Assembly: GCF_006345805.1 (NCBI RefSeq)
Contig: NC_042999.1
Coordinates: forward strand, 5,580,001 to 5,644,000
DNA length: 64,000 bases
From: Octopus sinensis
Taxonomy: Eukaryota
Direction of reading: 5' to 3'
The notes under the pieces are model-generated. The model was not told where the DNA came from. It saw only the letters and a program-made list of their open reading frames with translations, and did no database searches. The translations under genes and the position numbers were made by a program. Positions 1 to 12,835 of the stretch are shown here, one piece after another (the first letter of the stretch is position 1; each line of letters opens with the position of its first letter).

Positions 1-339
1 GTAGAGACCACACCAAAGTAGATAGAACTGGATACAGCCAGCTAGCTCATTGGTTGCTGTCAAACTGTCCAATCTATGCCAGCATGGAAGATGGATGATA
101 AATGATGATGATTATACACACAAACACACAGGATGGTGTATAAATTCTATAAATTTTCTTCAGCTTTCTTTCAGCAATATTTCAATTCTAATCATAGCCA
201 CCATCATTATACAGTACAATGGAATTGGTGCTAATTTTCCAACATATAATGCCTTGTGTTAATTAGACAGAGAAATATGCCTGGCTCAGAGGCATGAAAT
301 TCCTAGTAACATTTGCGGCTATCAGAGCAGCCAACAGAG

Positions 340-677
340 CGGCTATCTGGCCTCCGTGCCGGTGGCACATAAAAGACTCCATTCGAGCATGATCATTACC
401 ATCATCGCCTTACTGGCACCTGTGCCGGTGGCATGTGTAAAAGGTTCAAGCAAGGTCGTTGCCAGTACCGCCTGACTGGCCCCCATGCCGGTGGCACGTA
501 AAAGCATCCACTACACTCTCAGAGTGGTTGGCGTTAGGAAGGGCATCCAGCTGTAGAAACTCTGCCAGATCAAGATTGGAGCCTGGTGCGGCCGTCTGGT
601 TCGCCAGCTCTCAGTCAAATCATCCAACCCATGCTAGCATGGAAAGCGGACGTTAAATGATGATGATGATGATGATT
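340..677 (+). mobile_element. SINE family C (Meta-like AGGAAGGGCATCCAGCTGTAGAAAC domain, (GAT)n tail, variable 5' tandem modules)
   Basis: Most abundant repeat, with more than 25 copies in both orientations, e.g. 11400-11838(+), 14145-14413(+), 21000-21335(+), 29318-29700(-), 33098-33585(-), 40700-40980(+), 55880-56160(-), 61740-62150(+), 63480-63805(+). Confidence 0.85.
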
Positions 678-1080
678 TGAATCTCTGACCATTAGAGCAA
701 TAATCTGACACTTTAATCAGTGCCACCACATCATCGATACCAAATTTTAATTCTATTCTATGAGACAGAAATGTTTTACACAAAGAAATACCTTTCTGGT
801 TAGACTCTAACTTCCATACCTGAAACATAATTATGTTGAAATTCGTTGTCAATAAAATTGCAAAATCTTTTGCGTGAGTATTTGGCAAGGAATTTCATTT
901 GAAATCAAGGCCCAAATCATATTTCGCAAGGAACTTCATTGAAATCAGGGAATACAACATTCTGACAGACTCAGTTTAAACATTAAAATCATTAATTCAT
1001 TATTTTATTCTCTTCACACCTGATAACAACAAGGTCCCTCAAAGCACATAAGGTGAAAAAATATCCATAAGGTTTCTTAA

Positions 1081-1301
1081 CCATTTCGTTACTGTATTTC
1101 TTTTGGGATGCTCTGTGTTTCTTCCAATTATTTTAAATATAAGAAAGAATTTAGTAAAATAACATCGTTATCATTGAGCTAGTGTTAGGAACATAAATTG
1201 TGACTAAGATTTGGTGGAAATTTTGAATTCAAAACTTATGAAAACGAGACATTTATACTAAAGAGCCAGAGCCGGTTTCAGCCGGGTTGGTAACGAAAGG
1301 G
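1081..1301. mobile_element. piggyBac-type MITE
   Basis: TTAA on both flanks; terminal inverted repeats CCATTTCGTTAC / GTAACGAAAGGG. Confidence 0.7.
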
Positions 1302-1605
1302 TTAAATCATTTCTATTGATCAGGCACAAAGCCAATTGTCATAAAACCAATCGAAATCAGTTGGTATCAATCATATACACAAGGAAGAGTTCAAAGGTGA
1401 AATCAATCCTGATTGATTTTTGAGAATCAATACAATAAAATACATTGTTTGCAAGATGACCAGAAGTTCATGAACCAGCTTCTTCATCAATGATATCGAT
1501 AGCAGCAACGTTAAATTACAAAACAAAAGACAATAGACAACAATGACCGTCTATGTAAATATCGAAAGCCATTCAACACTGATTTTATAAACAAACTGTA
1601 CCGAC

Positions 1606-1723
1606 CCGTCTGAATGTAACGCTCCAGGCTGATTCGCCGCTCATCCAATTGTGCTTGAGACAGAGACAGTAGTCGTTTCGGTGGGAATGGAGGTAAGGTA
1701 CTCGCTCCAAACTGTTTTTTTAA
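1606..1723 (-). CDS. SNX17: Sorting nexin-17, coding exon 3, PX domain (LKKQFGASTLPPFPPKRLLSLSQAQLDERRISLERYIQT + G)
   Basis: Poly-T/tttgcag acceptor and G|gtcggt donor, 118 nt, in frame with exon 2. Resembles SNX17 LRKEYGANVLPAFPPKKLFSLTPAEVEQRREQLEKYMQA. The gene continues beyond position 1. Confidence 0.92.
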
Positions 1724-1920
1724 CTGCAAAAAAACAAAAAAAAAACAAAAAAAAAATAGAGCAAATCGTTTCCTATTTAAACATTCAATAGTGCAGAACT
1801 AAATGCCAAACAATACCATTTTGAGGAAGTTATAGTAGAACTAGTATTTAGAAGCTAATTAGGATAGTTTCATTAAGTGAATTTCACACAAAAAACAACA
1901 AAAAAGAAAAACACATTTCA

Positions 1921-2335
1921 TACTCTTTTACTCTTTTACTTGTTTCAGTCATTTGACTGCGGCCATGCTGGAGCACCACCTTTAGTCGAGCAAATCGACC
2001 CCAGGACTTATTCTTTTTGTAAGCCCAGTACTTATTCTATCGGTCTCTTTTGCCGAACCGCTAAGTGACGGGGACGTAAACACACCAGCATCAGTTGTCA
2101 AGCAATGCTAGGGGGACAAACACAGACACACAAACATATACACACACACTTATATATATATATACATATATACGACAGGCTTCTTTCAGTTTCCGTCTAC
2201 CAAATCCACTCACAAGGCATTGGTCGGCCCGGGGCTATAGCAGAAGACACTTGCCCAAGATGCCACGTAGTGGGACTGAACCCGGAACCATGTGGTTGGT
2301 TAGCAAGCTACTTACCACACAGCCACTCCTGCGCC
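1921..2335 (-). mobile_element. SINE family A (tRNA-derived head, internal (TA)n(CA)n, AAAGAGT tail)
   Basis: A/B-box head GTGGCTGTGTGGTAAG...GGTTCAGTCCC. Other copies: about 5158-5557(-), 8712-8960(-), 9699-10013(+), 12150-12550(-), 13607-14012(+), 26360-26757(-), 30646-31058(+), 43186-43575(+). Confidence 0.9.
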
Positions 2336-2653
2336 TCTTTTTTTTTTTTCAGTGTTTTGAGTAAAGATTAAATAGACTGTCTTTCGGTCAACCATGAGAA
2401 AGTCTAACAAGGAACTGGCAGGGAAAATATTTGGTAAATAGATTTATTTTGGAAAGAACAAGTGCCATCAGATGATTGTTATTTCTAGATTGATTCTCTG
2501 TATATAATAGAGGACTGCTGTTAAAAAGTTTGTATATTTGTATAGAGTATTAGGTAGACAGGCTGAAGTTGCACCACACAATACATTGGCTGTAACGAAA
2601 TTAGAACATTTATTTTTACCACACAAACACTGAGTGTGTGTATTTGTACAAGA

Positions 2654-2693
<40 letters not shown>

Positions 2694-3805
2694 ACGAACA
2701 CACATGTAAGTGAAAGAACTGGTACTCTCTCAGTTACAACAACAAGGGTTTCAACTGATCCAGTCAACAGAACAACATGCTTGTGAAATTAATGTGCAAG
2801 TGGCTGAGTACTCCACAGACATGCATACCCTTAATGTAGTTCTCAGGGAGATTCAGCATGACACAGAGTGTGACAAGGCTGGCCCTTTGAATTACAAAGT
2901 ACAACTCATTTTTACCAGACACCCTAACCCTCCCAGATGGACCAGGGAACCACACCTCACCCATACTTGATATTTTTGACATGATTTCTACTGCTCTGTG
3001 CCCTTCCTGCCACCAACCACTTGGCTCATTGTATTGGAAGGAGATGAATTTTAATTGTGGCCCCAGCACCACAGAGGTTACCATGCACATGTTGAAATAA
3101 GACTAACAGGTCCTCACCCCCTTCCTTGTCTTCCCTTATACTGGACCTATTTTATCATGACACCAGCACTAGTGGGGTTGTTGTGTTCTCTGCAAAACAA
3201 AAGGAACCTCATTGCTTTACGTGGCCTCTGTTCTTGGGGGATGGAGAGAGGGCACTGTGTAATCAACAGAGTAGGTGTTTGTTCCTTCTCAAGCCATGCC
3301 TGGCTCATAAGGGCCGGTTTCCCAGTTTCATTGGTGTATAAGTTCCCCACCTGGATGGGTTGCCGGTCTGTCACAGGTGAGCTGCTAGATGCAGGAGGAA
3401 AGAGTGAGAGAAAGTTGTGGCGAAACAGTCAGCAGAAGTTTGCCATTATGTTCTGCTGGAGTTACATGGAGCTTAGGTGTTTCGCTCATAAACACACACA
3501 TCGCCCGGTCTGAGATTCAAACCCACAATCCCTCGATTACGAATCCATGGCTCTAACCACTGGGCCATGTGCCTCCACAACCAACAGAGTGGAAGAGTCA
3601 AAACTGAATAAAAACGTAAATCTAGAGACTACCAAAATGTAACACAATGACCTAGTATTGAATCCTATTTGTATGTATTGCATTTCAGTTCTGTCTTATA
3701 CATCTAAGAAGAACAATAAACTCATTTTCCCTTGAAAAACCATTCATCATCATCATTTAAAATCTGTTTTCTATGCTGGCATGGGTTGGATGGTTTGACA
3801 GGTGG

Positions 3806-4033
3806 TGAGCTGGCAGAAACGTTAGCACTCCAGGCAAAATGCTTAGCGGTATTTCGTCTGCCGCTACATTCTGAGTTCAAATTCCACCGAGGTCGACTTT
3901 GCCTTTCATCCTTTCGGGGTCGATTAAATAAGTACCAGTTACGCACTGGGGTCGATATAATCGACTTAATCCGTTTGTCTGTCCTTGTTTGTCCCCTCTA
4001 TGTTTAGCCCCTTGTGGGTAGTAAAGAAATAGG
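3806..4033 (+). mobile_element. SINE family B with Deu/Nin-like central domain
   Basis: GGTCGACTTTGCCTTTCATCCTTTCGGGGTCGATTAAATAAGTACCAG resembles the recalled Deu/Nin domain. Other copies: about 13326-13510, 31553-31970(-; 17-bp TSD TCCATGCCRTTACCAAT), 32345-32720, 48340-48500, 51415-51635, 53230-53405(-). Confidence 0.75.
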
Positions 4034-6172
4034 TTTGACAGGAGCTGGCAAGGCCAGGGGACCATACCAAGCTCCATTGTCTGTTCTGGCATGGTTTCTA
4101 CAGCTGGATGCCCTTCCTGACAACAACCACTTTACAGAGTATAACCAGATTGTTTTTTACGTGGCACCAGCACCTGTATCAATTCTATATCTAAAAGAGA
4201 AAAACAGCTGAGAATTTTAATTGAATTTTCTAATTTACATACAAATAAGACATAACTGCAGTTATATAAATATTCTATGATGTTTTTTATTGTTTTTTCT
4301 TCCTGTATGAAGCAGTCACAATGAGCTCGCAAGAAATTTGCTTTAATTAATGTCTTTGTTCATGGAGCTAATTACTCTAAAGTTGGTTTGTTTTTTTTTT
4401 TTCCATTCTTGTTTGCATTACTTATACATAAGAGATTTCTAGTGGCACTGAATAATTAAATAGTTCTAATTAGCAAATAGAATCACAAAAAGTTTTTTTT
4501 CTTTTAATGCCAAATATTCCAACAACCCTGTCCAATCCTCTAACACTCCATTTACATTCACCTCTTGGACCTGACACATCCCCACCATCTCCCATTCTCT
4601 CTCTCTGACTAGGGTAATCTGCTTCTGCCCCACCATCATGCTTCAAACCACCTCCCTCAATACTGCCCCCTCTCCCAGTTGAGGGACCTTTGTCTTGCAA
4701 GTTACTTTGTGACCTCACCCAATACATTCTGTAAAGTGGGTGACCTTAGGAAGAGCATCTAGCTGCAGTAACCATGCCAAAGCAGACAGTGGAGTTTGGC
4801 ACAGTCCTCTGGCTTGCCAGCACCGGTCAAACTATCCAGTCCACACCAGCATGGAAAAACAAACCTATGATGATGATGATGATAATGATACATATTTGGA
4901 AGTTTTTTGCAAAAAGTACTTGATGTAACCACAATATTTAAAGAAAAACTTTTTTAAAGGTTATTAGCAATTAAAAAAAAAAACATTTAAGAACAGAATG
5001 TCACAAATCTTTGGAGATACAAAAACCCAAAGGTTTGTGACAGTGTTCTTTTTCAATTTTTTTTAAATATCTAGTAACTTATTTAAAAAAATCTTTCTTT
5101 AAATATATCTATAATTATAGTTTTTATTCGTTCTTAAACCTGTGTGTAAACATGTTTACTCTTTTACTCTTTTACTTGTTTCAGTCATTTGACTGCGGCC
5201 ATGCTGGAGCACCGCCTTTAGTTGAGCAAATCGACCCCGGGACTTATTTTTTGTAAGCCCAGTACTTATTCTATCAGTCTCTTTTGCCAAACCGCTAAGT
5301 GACAGGGACGTAAACACACCAGCATTGGTTGTCAAGCAATGCTAGGGGGACAAACACACACACACACACATACATATATATATATACATATATACGACAG
5401 GCTTCTTTCAGTTTCCGTCTACCAAATCCACTCACAAGGCATTGGTCGGCCCGGGGCTATAGCAGAAGACACTTGCCCAAGATGTCACACAGTGGGACTG
5501 AACCCGGAACCATGTGGTTGGTTAGCAAGCTACTTACCACACAGACACTCCTGCGCCTGTTTGATGGTACTCTTAACATAGAATTCATTAAATTTGCTAT
5601 GGGTGATTTTATGCAGCATGGTAAACTTATACAGGATTGGAATTATAAAAATTAATTTCCTTTATCAACATAATGTGGTACTGTCTCATGCCGCACATGG
5701 TAAACTTGGAGGCAATTATGAATTTCCCTCGTCTGTATAAGTTTGCATATGCTGCCTTGTGCTTGTGTGCTGATGGCGCTTGGTCAGAAATGCAAAGGGT
5801 AACTTTTCTACCATTTTCAAATTTATAATTCTCAAAATATTATGTTCATCATCATCATCATCGTTTAACGTCCGCTTTCCATGCTAGCATGGGTTGATAA
5901 CGGAAATGAATTTTTATAATTCTAATCCAGAAACGCGTCCATAATTAATCGAAGAATGTTTGATTTTATTATTTTCTTTCTTTTTACTCAAGTGAGTTAC
6001 AGATAGTGTTATCTGTGGAGTCATATTTTGTAGCAAAAAGAAATAACTGTTATAATTATATATAAAACTTCTTGTATAAGTTTTTACTGAATATGGTTAT
6101 TTTCCATACCGAAACTACTTGGTAAAATTTATTAATTATAAATTAATCATTTTTTACCCTATATCTATAATG

Positions 6173-6244
<72 letters not shown>

Positions 6245-7104
6245 GCTCATCATCATCATCATCATAGTTTAACGTCCATTTACCATGCTGGCATGGGTTG
6301 GGCAGTTTGACTGAGGTAGGAGAGCCAGAGGCTGCACCAGGCTCTAATCTGATCTGGTAATGTTTCTACAGCTAGATGCCCTTCCTATTGCCAACCACTC
6401 CCAGAGTGTAGTGAGTGCTTTTTACGTGCCCCTGGCACAGGAGCCAGTTAGGTGGACCTGGCATCAGTCATGTTTGGATAGTGCTTTTAACATGCCACCA
6501 GCATGGGAGCAAGTTAGATAGACCTAGTATCGACCACATTCAGATGGGGCTTTTTACGTGCCACCGGCATGGGAACCAATCAGATATATATATATATAAA
6601 TTGATAGTAAAGATAGAATTGTTTGAATAGTGGATGAATGCACACCCAAGCAGTTGTTTTACGGCGAGCTTGCAGAGGGGAAACACAATCAGTGTAAACC
6701 TAAAAAGAGATTTAAGGATGGCATAAGGACTACCACGAAGTCACTTGGAATGGATCCAAAGGCCATAGAAACCTTTGCTTCAGATGAAGCTGGATGATGA
6801 ACAAATGTGTGGAGTGGAGTAAAGGTGTTTGAGGAGGCCAGGATAACACATGCAAGACTCAAGAGAGGCTTTAAGAAGAACGTTGCAATTGAGAAGGTGA
6901 ATCTCAGTGACCTTTTGATTTCCTATATGCCACCATTTTTTCATTTTTTTTTTTTACGTATTCTCACGTCCGATGCCATATTTAAAGTTCTTAATTCAGC
7001 ACAAAGAGTGGTCTGTGTCTGAAGAACAGGTTTACATTTTCAGACATGTGAAACTATTAATAGTGCCGGAAGATATGTATTGTGATCCTTAAACAGACAG
7101 ACAG

Positions 7105-7138
<34 letters not shown>

Positions 7139-7351
7139 CTGTATATATATGTGTGTGTGTGTGCGTGTATATATATGTGTGTGCGTATATATATATATAT
7201 TGGGTTTGGGCCATCCCATAGATAATGCAGTTTTTTTCAATTGTGTGAGCTAAAAGTCGGAGTGGGGACGAGATAAACTACCTGCATCAACTTGCTATAA
7301 AAGCAGGGAGTAGTTTTAACTTATACTTATTCTTAGTGCAAGTTTTAAAGA

Positions 7352-8319
7352 GTGCAGTTCAATTTTAACAGTTATTTTTCCAAAGCTATGATGGAATTGA
7401 CAAAGGAGCATATTTGGCATATTTTGCTTTATGAGTTCAATAAAGGCAACAATGCAACGGTAAGTGCAAGAAATATTAATGGAATATATGGAGATCAGAC
7501 ATTCAACGGTGATTCCAGAAATTCTGAGCCAGAAACTACAGCCTAGAAGACGAGCTGGAAGATCTGCAGAGTTCAACGAGGACATCCTGCAAACCCTGGT
7601 GGAACAAAATCCTATCATAACTATTGAGGAACTAGCAGAGAAGCTTGGATTTGGTCATTCAATGATTCATCAACACCTGCAGGCCATCAGAAAATCAGCA
7701 AATTGGGTCAATGGGTTCCACATAGACTTTCCAAGTCTAAACACGTGCAGAAAGTGAATGTGTGCTCTTCTTTGGTGTCATATTTCACAAATGAACCTTT
7801 TCGGGGCCAAATAGTGACTGGTGACAAGAAATGAAATCTATAAAAAAATATCAGGTACCAAAGAAAGTGGGTAGGGAAAGGAGAAACACTGGCACCCCAG
7901 ACTGAAGAAGGTCTTCACCCACGTAAAGTGTTGTTATCTGTTTGGTGGGGTATGAAAGGTTTAGTCCACTTTGAACTTTTAAACCCAAACCAAACGATAA
8001 CAAAGGAGTTCTACTGTGGACCACCTTTGGTTTCAAGACAAAAGACGTTCTGTCAGGATAATGCTGGGCCACATAGAGCGAGGACTGGAGCAATTTGAAT
8101 GGGAATCAATGCCCCACCTACCATATTCGCCAGATATTGGTCCCATCTGATTATCATTTATTCCAAAATCATTTGTATGGAAAAAATATGAATTCTATAG
8201 ACAAGATCAGAACAGTACTGGAAGAGTATTTTTCATCACAGGCAAGTGAATTTTGGAAGAGGAGCCTTGTAAGACTACCAGATAGATGGAAGAGCATTGT
8301 AGAAAATGAAGGAGTGTAA
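7352..8319 (+). mobile_element. Mariner transposase pseudogene (D,D34D type)
   Basis: HILLYEFNKGNNA HTH start, IVTGD, VLLSVWW, QDNAGPH, PYSPDIGPSDYHLF and LPDRWKSIVENEG, in frameshifted pieces. Confidence 0.88.
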
Positions 8320-10034
8320 AAGAAGTATAAACAAACCACATTATTTATGGGATGCCCCAATAGTTGCAGGTGTGGCTGTATGGTAAGAAGTTTGCTTCCC
8401 AACCAGATGGTTCTGGGTTCAATCCCATTACGTGACATTTTGGTCAAGTGTTTCCTACTATAGCCTCAGGTTGACCAAAGCTTAGGGAGTGGATTTTGGT
8501 ACTTTTGTGAGTGAGTAGGATGACCCCCAACTCTTAATATATCTCGTAAAGATAGCTTTGTCCTACATACACACATAACTTTAAGTCATGTGGAAATTAG
8601 TCAAAAATGTATCAAATTTCTTGAGTGATATTTCCTTTCTTCACTGGCTCTATGTGTGTGTGTGTGTGTATGTATACATATATGTGTTTTTACTTGTGTA
8701 TACATAAGTTTTTACTTGTTTCAGTCATTAGACTGTGGCCATGTTGGGGCACTGCCTTGAAGAACTTTTCATTGAAAGAATCAGCATCAGTATTTTTTTT
8801 TTTACAGTCTGGTACTTATTGTATCAGTCTCTTTTGCTGAACCACTAAGTTACAGGGATGTAAACACACCAACACCTGTTGTCAAGAGATGGGGGGGGAC
8901 AAACACAGACTCAAAGGCACACACACACACATGCATATAATGGACTTCTTACATATATATATGTGTGTGTGTATATGTTTCTGTGTCTGTCCCCTGTAAA
9001 CTTAGCTGTTTGGCAAAAGAGACCGATTGATTAATACTAGGCTTACAAAGGATGAGTCTTGGGGGTCAATTTGCTCGGCTAAAGGTAGTGCTCCAGCCTG
9101 GCCACAGTCAACTGACTGAAACAAGTAAAAGAACAAAAGAATCCACCAGAGAAACCCGGAAGCCAACCCTTTGCTCCTTACAGAGTGATCTGGACTCACC
9201 ATTATTACCATTGTTGTCTTATTTAATCTTTGCTGCTAATATGACATCCTTCTTGCTTATCCTTGCTTTTCCTTATTTCTTTTGTGGGCTGTTCAGATTC
9301 AAAGAGTCTTAAGAGTTGTGTGAAGTCTCCTCTATTCTACCCACACTACTGTTTTTCATGCTTTGTTCATGCGACCTACTCTCTCGTATTGTCGGTTGCT
9401 TCAGATATTTCTCTTCTGGCTTACACAATCATACATGGAGAGTGGTGGGTGCAGGGGCTGGATTGTTAGGTTCGTGTCTCCGTGTCAGTGGAACCAACAG
9501 CCGCAACCACTTTACTTCAGAATAATGTGTGTCTTATGGAGACGTTACTGAGAGATAAACACTTTGAGACTTTATGTGACACTGTGTTCAGGGCACATAA
9601 AAATCACTGGTGCTGGTGTCATGCAAAAGAAATTGCTGTTGGTGCCAGGTAAAAAGCATTGGTGTTGGTGCCAGGTAAAAAGCACTGGTGCTGGTGCCAT
9701 ATATATATGTAAGAAGTCCATTGTATGCATGTGTGTGTGTGCCTTTGAGTCTGTGTTTGTCCCCCCCCCCACACCATCTCTTGACAACAGATGTTGGTGC
9801 GTTTACATCCCTGTAACTTAGTGGTTCAGCAAAAGAGAGACTGTAAAAAAAAATACTGATGCTGATTCTTTCAATAAAAGTTCTTCAAGGCAGTCCCCAA
9901 CATGGCCCACCAAGTCTAATGTAAAAAAAAATACTGATGCTGATTCTTTCAATTAAAAGTTCTTCAAGGCAGTGCCCCAACATGGCCACAGTCTAATGAC
10001 TGAAACAAGTAAAAACACATATATGTCCAGCACC

Positions 10035-10596
10035 ATGCTTCTTACGTGGCACCAACACCAATGCTTTTTACGTGGCACCAACACCAATGATTCTTACGTG
10101 GCACCAGCACCAATGCTTCTTACGTGGCAACCAGCACCAATGCTTCTTACGTGGCACCAGCACCAATGATTCTTACGTGGCACCAGCACCAATGCTTCTT
10201 ACGTGGCACCAACACCAATGCTTTTTACGTGGCACCAACACCAATGATTCTTACGTGGCACCAGCACCAATGCTTTTACGTGGCACCAACACCAATGCTT
10301 CTTACGTGGCACCAGCACCAATGATTCTTACGTGGCACCAGCACCAATGCTTTTACGTGGCACCAACACCAATGCTTCTTACGTGGCACCAACACCAATG
10401 CTTCTTACGTGGCACCAACACCAATGCTTCTTACGTGGCACCAACACCAATGCTTCTTACGTGGCACCAACACCAATGCTTTTTACGTGGCACCAACACC
10501 AATGATTCTTACGTGGCACCAGCACCAATGCTTCTTACGTGGCACCAACACCAATGCTTTTTACGTGGCACCAACACCAGTGCTTTTTACGCGGCA
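10035..10596 (+). repeat. 26-bp minisatellite, about 21 copies (ATGCTTCTTACGTGGCACCARCACCA)
   Basis: Direct inspection. About 4 reverse-complement copies at 9590-9698. Confidence 0.95.
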
Positions 10597-12602
10597 GCAT
10601 GGGTTGGACGGTTCGACCGGGGTCTAGGAAGCCAGGAGGCTGCACCAGGCTCCAGTCTGATCTGGCAGAGTTTCTACAGCTGGATGCCCTTCCTAACGCC
10701 AACCACTCCGCGAGTGTAGTGGGTGCTTTTACGTGCCACCTGCACAGGTGCCAGGGGGGGTCCGGCATTGGCCACGATCAGTTGGAGCTTTTAACGTGCC
10801 ACCAGCATGGAAGCCAGCCAAGGCGGCGCTGGCAACGGCCACGTTCAGATGGTGCTTTTTATTCAGTAGTGTGGGTAGAATAGAGGAGACTTCACACAAC
10901 TCTTAAGACTCTTTGAATCTGAACAGCCCACAAAAGATCAAAGGATAAGCAAGGATAAGCAAGCAGGATGTCTTATTAACAACAAAGATTAAATAAGACA
11001 GCAATCATAATAATGGTGAGTCCACATCACCCTGTTAAGGAGCATAGGGTTGGTTTCCTGGTTTCTCTGGTGGATTCTTTTATTCTTTTACTTGTTTCAG
11101 TCAGTTGACTGCAGCTAGGCTGGAGCACTGCCTTTAGCCGGTCAACATGAGAGAACGTGTAGACTGTGTTGATAGTCATGTCTGTTTTGATATAGTAATT
11201 ATACAGTGATACTAAGTGGACGTTATAACGATCCAAGAGGATAATGATACTCTCCAGATCACATCTCCGAGATCTCTGGAGAGCCCCTGCCCATTCAAAG
11301 TACCTTGGATTCCAGAACATCTCGCTGTGCTTGAGGAGACCTGTTGAGTCAAGTACATGAACATCGAAATAAATATCAATGGAAATAGTAGTTGTGATAC
11401 CTGTGCCAGTGACACATAAAAAGCACCATCCGAACATGGCCGATGCCAGCGCCACCTCGACTGGCTTCTGTGCTGGTGGCACATAAAAAGCACCATCCGA
11501 ACGTGACCTCGACTGGGATCTGTGCCAGTGGCACATAAAAAGCACCATCCGAACGTGGCCGATGCCAGCGCCACCTCGACTGGCTTCCGTGCCGGTGGCA
11601 CGTTAAAAGCACCAACCGATCGTGGCCGATACCAGACTCCCCTGGCCCCTGTGCAGGTGGCACGTAAAAAGCACCCACTACACTCGCGGAGTGGTTGGCG
11701 TTAGGAAGGGCATCCAGCCGTAGAAACACTGCCAGATCAGACTGGAGCCTGGTGCAGCCCCTGGCTTCCCAGACCCCGGTCGAACCGTCCAACCTGTGCT
11801 AGCGCGGAAAACGGACGTTAAACGATGATGATGATGATGAATACTGTATGACTGGGGGGGTTCATAGAGTGCCAGATAAAACCATTCTATCAACGACTTC
11901 GGAATCTAACACCATCTGTCAGAGCAACAGCTGTCATCAAAAGACAGATACACAAAGTGGCAAAAGACTGCTTTACAACAAGAAATAGATTTGAAGAAGA
12001 TAAAACTAGATTCTCTTCTGTTTGCTGACATTGCAAAAGCTTCTTATCAAATACCTGATACGAAATTATCTTGGAATAATATTATTGTTCAAACATTTTA
12101 TCAAAACAATGATACAAAATGGAAATCGTTGTTTACATTTTCTCTTACTAATCTCACTACAAGACTCTGGCCATGCTGGTGCAGCACTTTCAAAGATGGA
12201 AGAGTAATATTGTTATCTGTTATCTTTTAACTGTTTCCATCATTAAACTGCAACTGTGCTGCAGTACCAGGTTGGAGAATTTTAGTCATCAGTCTCTTTT
12301 GGTGAACTGCTAAGTTACAGGGACATAAACACACCAACATCAGTTGTCAAACAGTGGTGAGAGACAAACACAAATACATACTCAATGATATATACACATC
12401 TTTTAGTTTCTGCCTACCAAATCTACTCACAAGGCTTTGGTCAGTCCAAGGCTATAACAGAAGTCACTTGCCCAAGGTTCCATGTAGTGGGACTGAACCC
12501 AGAACCATGTGGTTGGGAAGCAAGCTTCTTACCACACAACCATGCCTGCACCTATAATATATATATATATGTACTCAAAACCAGCAACAAGAATGACTCT
12601 GG

Positions 12603-12695
12603 TAATTTGGTGCAATTGTTTCGCACTACATCATTTTATTAAAAGTTGTAAGTATTACAACAGATTTAAGATGCTGAGTGCTCATCAGCCAATTA
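12603..12695 (-). ncRNA. Mirror hammerhead copy in the SNX17 sense strand with U16.1>C (GCA), predicted crippled
   Basis: Reverse complement of the left palindrome arm. Identical to the + copy except at position 12612. Confidence 0.65.
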
Positions 12696-12742
12696 TATAG
12701 GTTTTCCGTTAATACAGCTTTTGTATTATTGGAAAACCTATA

Positions 12743-12835
12743 TAATTGGCTGATGAGCACTCAGCATCTTAAATCTGTTGTAATACTTACAACTTTTAAT
12801 AAAATGATGTAGTGCGAAACAATTGTACCAAATTA
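12743..12835 (+). ncRNA. Type I hammerhead ribozyme fold with long stem II (GUA cleavage triplet)
   Basis: Stem I taattgg/ccaa(a)tta; CTGATGA 12750-12756; stem II gcact...agtgc with an internal gttgtaa/ttacaac hairpin; GAAA 12816-12819; C-AATT-G; GTA 12825-12827. Confidence 0.75.

Noticed and set aside
1-1605. SNX17 coding exon 4
   Set aside because: No segment translating to the expected PX C-terminal helix with valid splice sites was found; it is presumed to lie outside the window.
5613-5755. Imperfect inverted repeat of about 24 bp (pre-miRNA or MITE?)
   Set aside because: The spacer of about 95 nt is too long for a pre-miRNA, there is no target duplication, and the arms are degenerate.
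10035-10596. CRISPR-like array of short repeats
   Set aside because: Units are contiguous with no unique spacers, there are no cas genes, the context is eukaryotic, and the unit derives from a SINE module.
10072-10719. 215-aa ORF, the longest in the track
   Set aside because: It is a translation of the 26-bp minisatellite running into a SINE, with no protein-like features or splice context.
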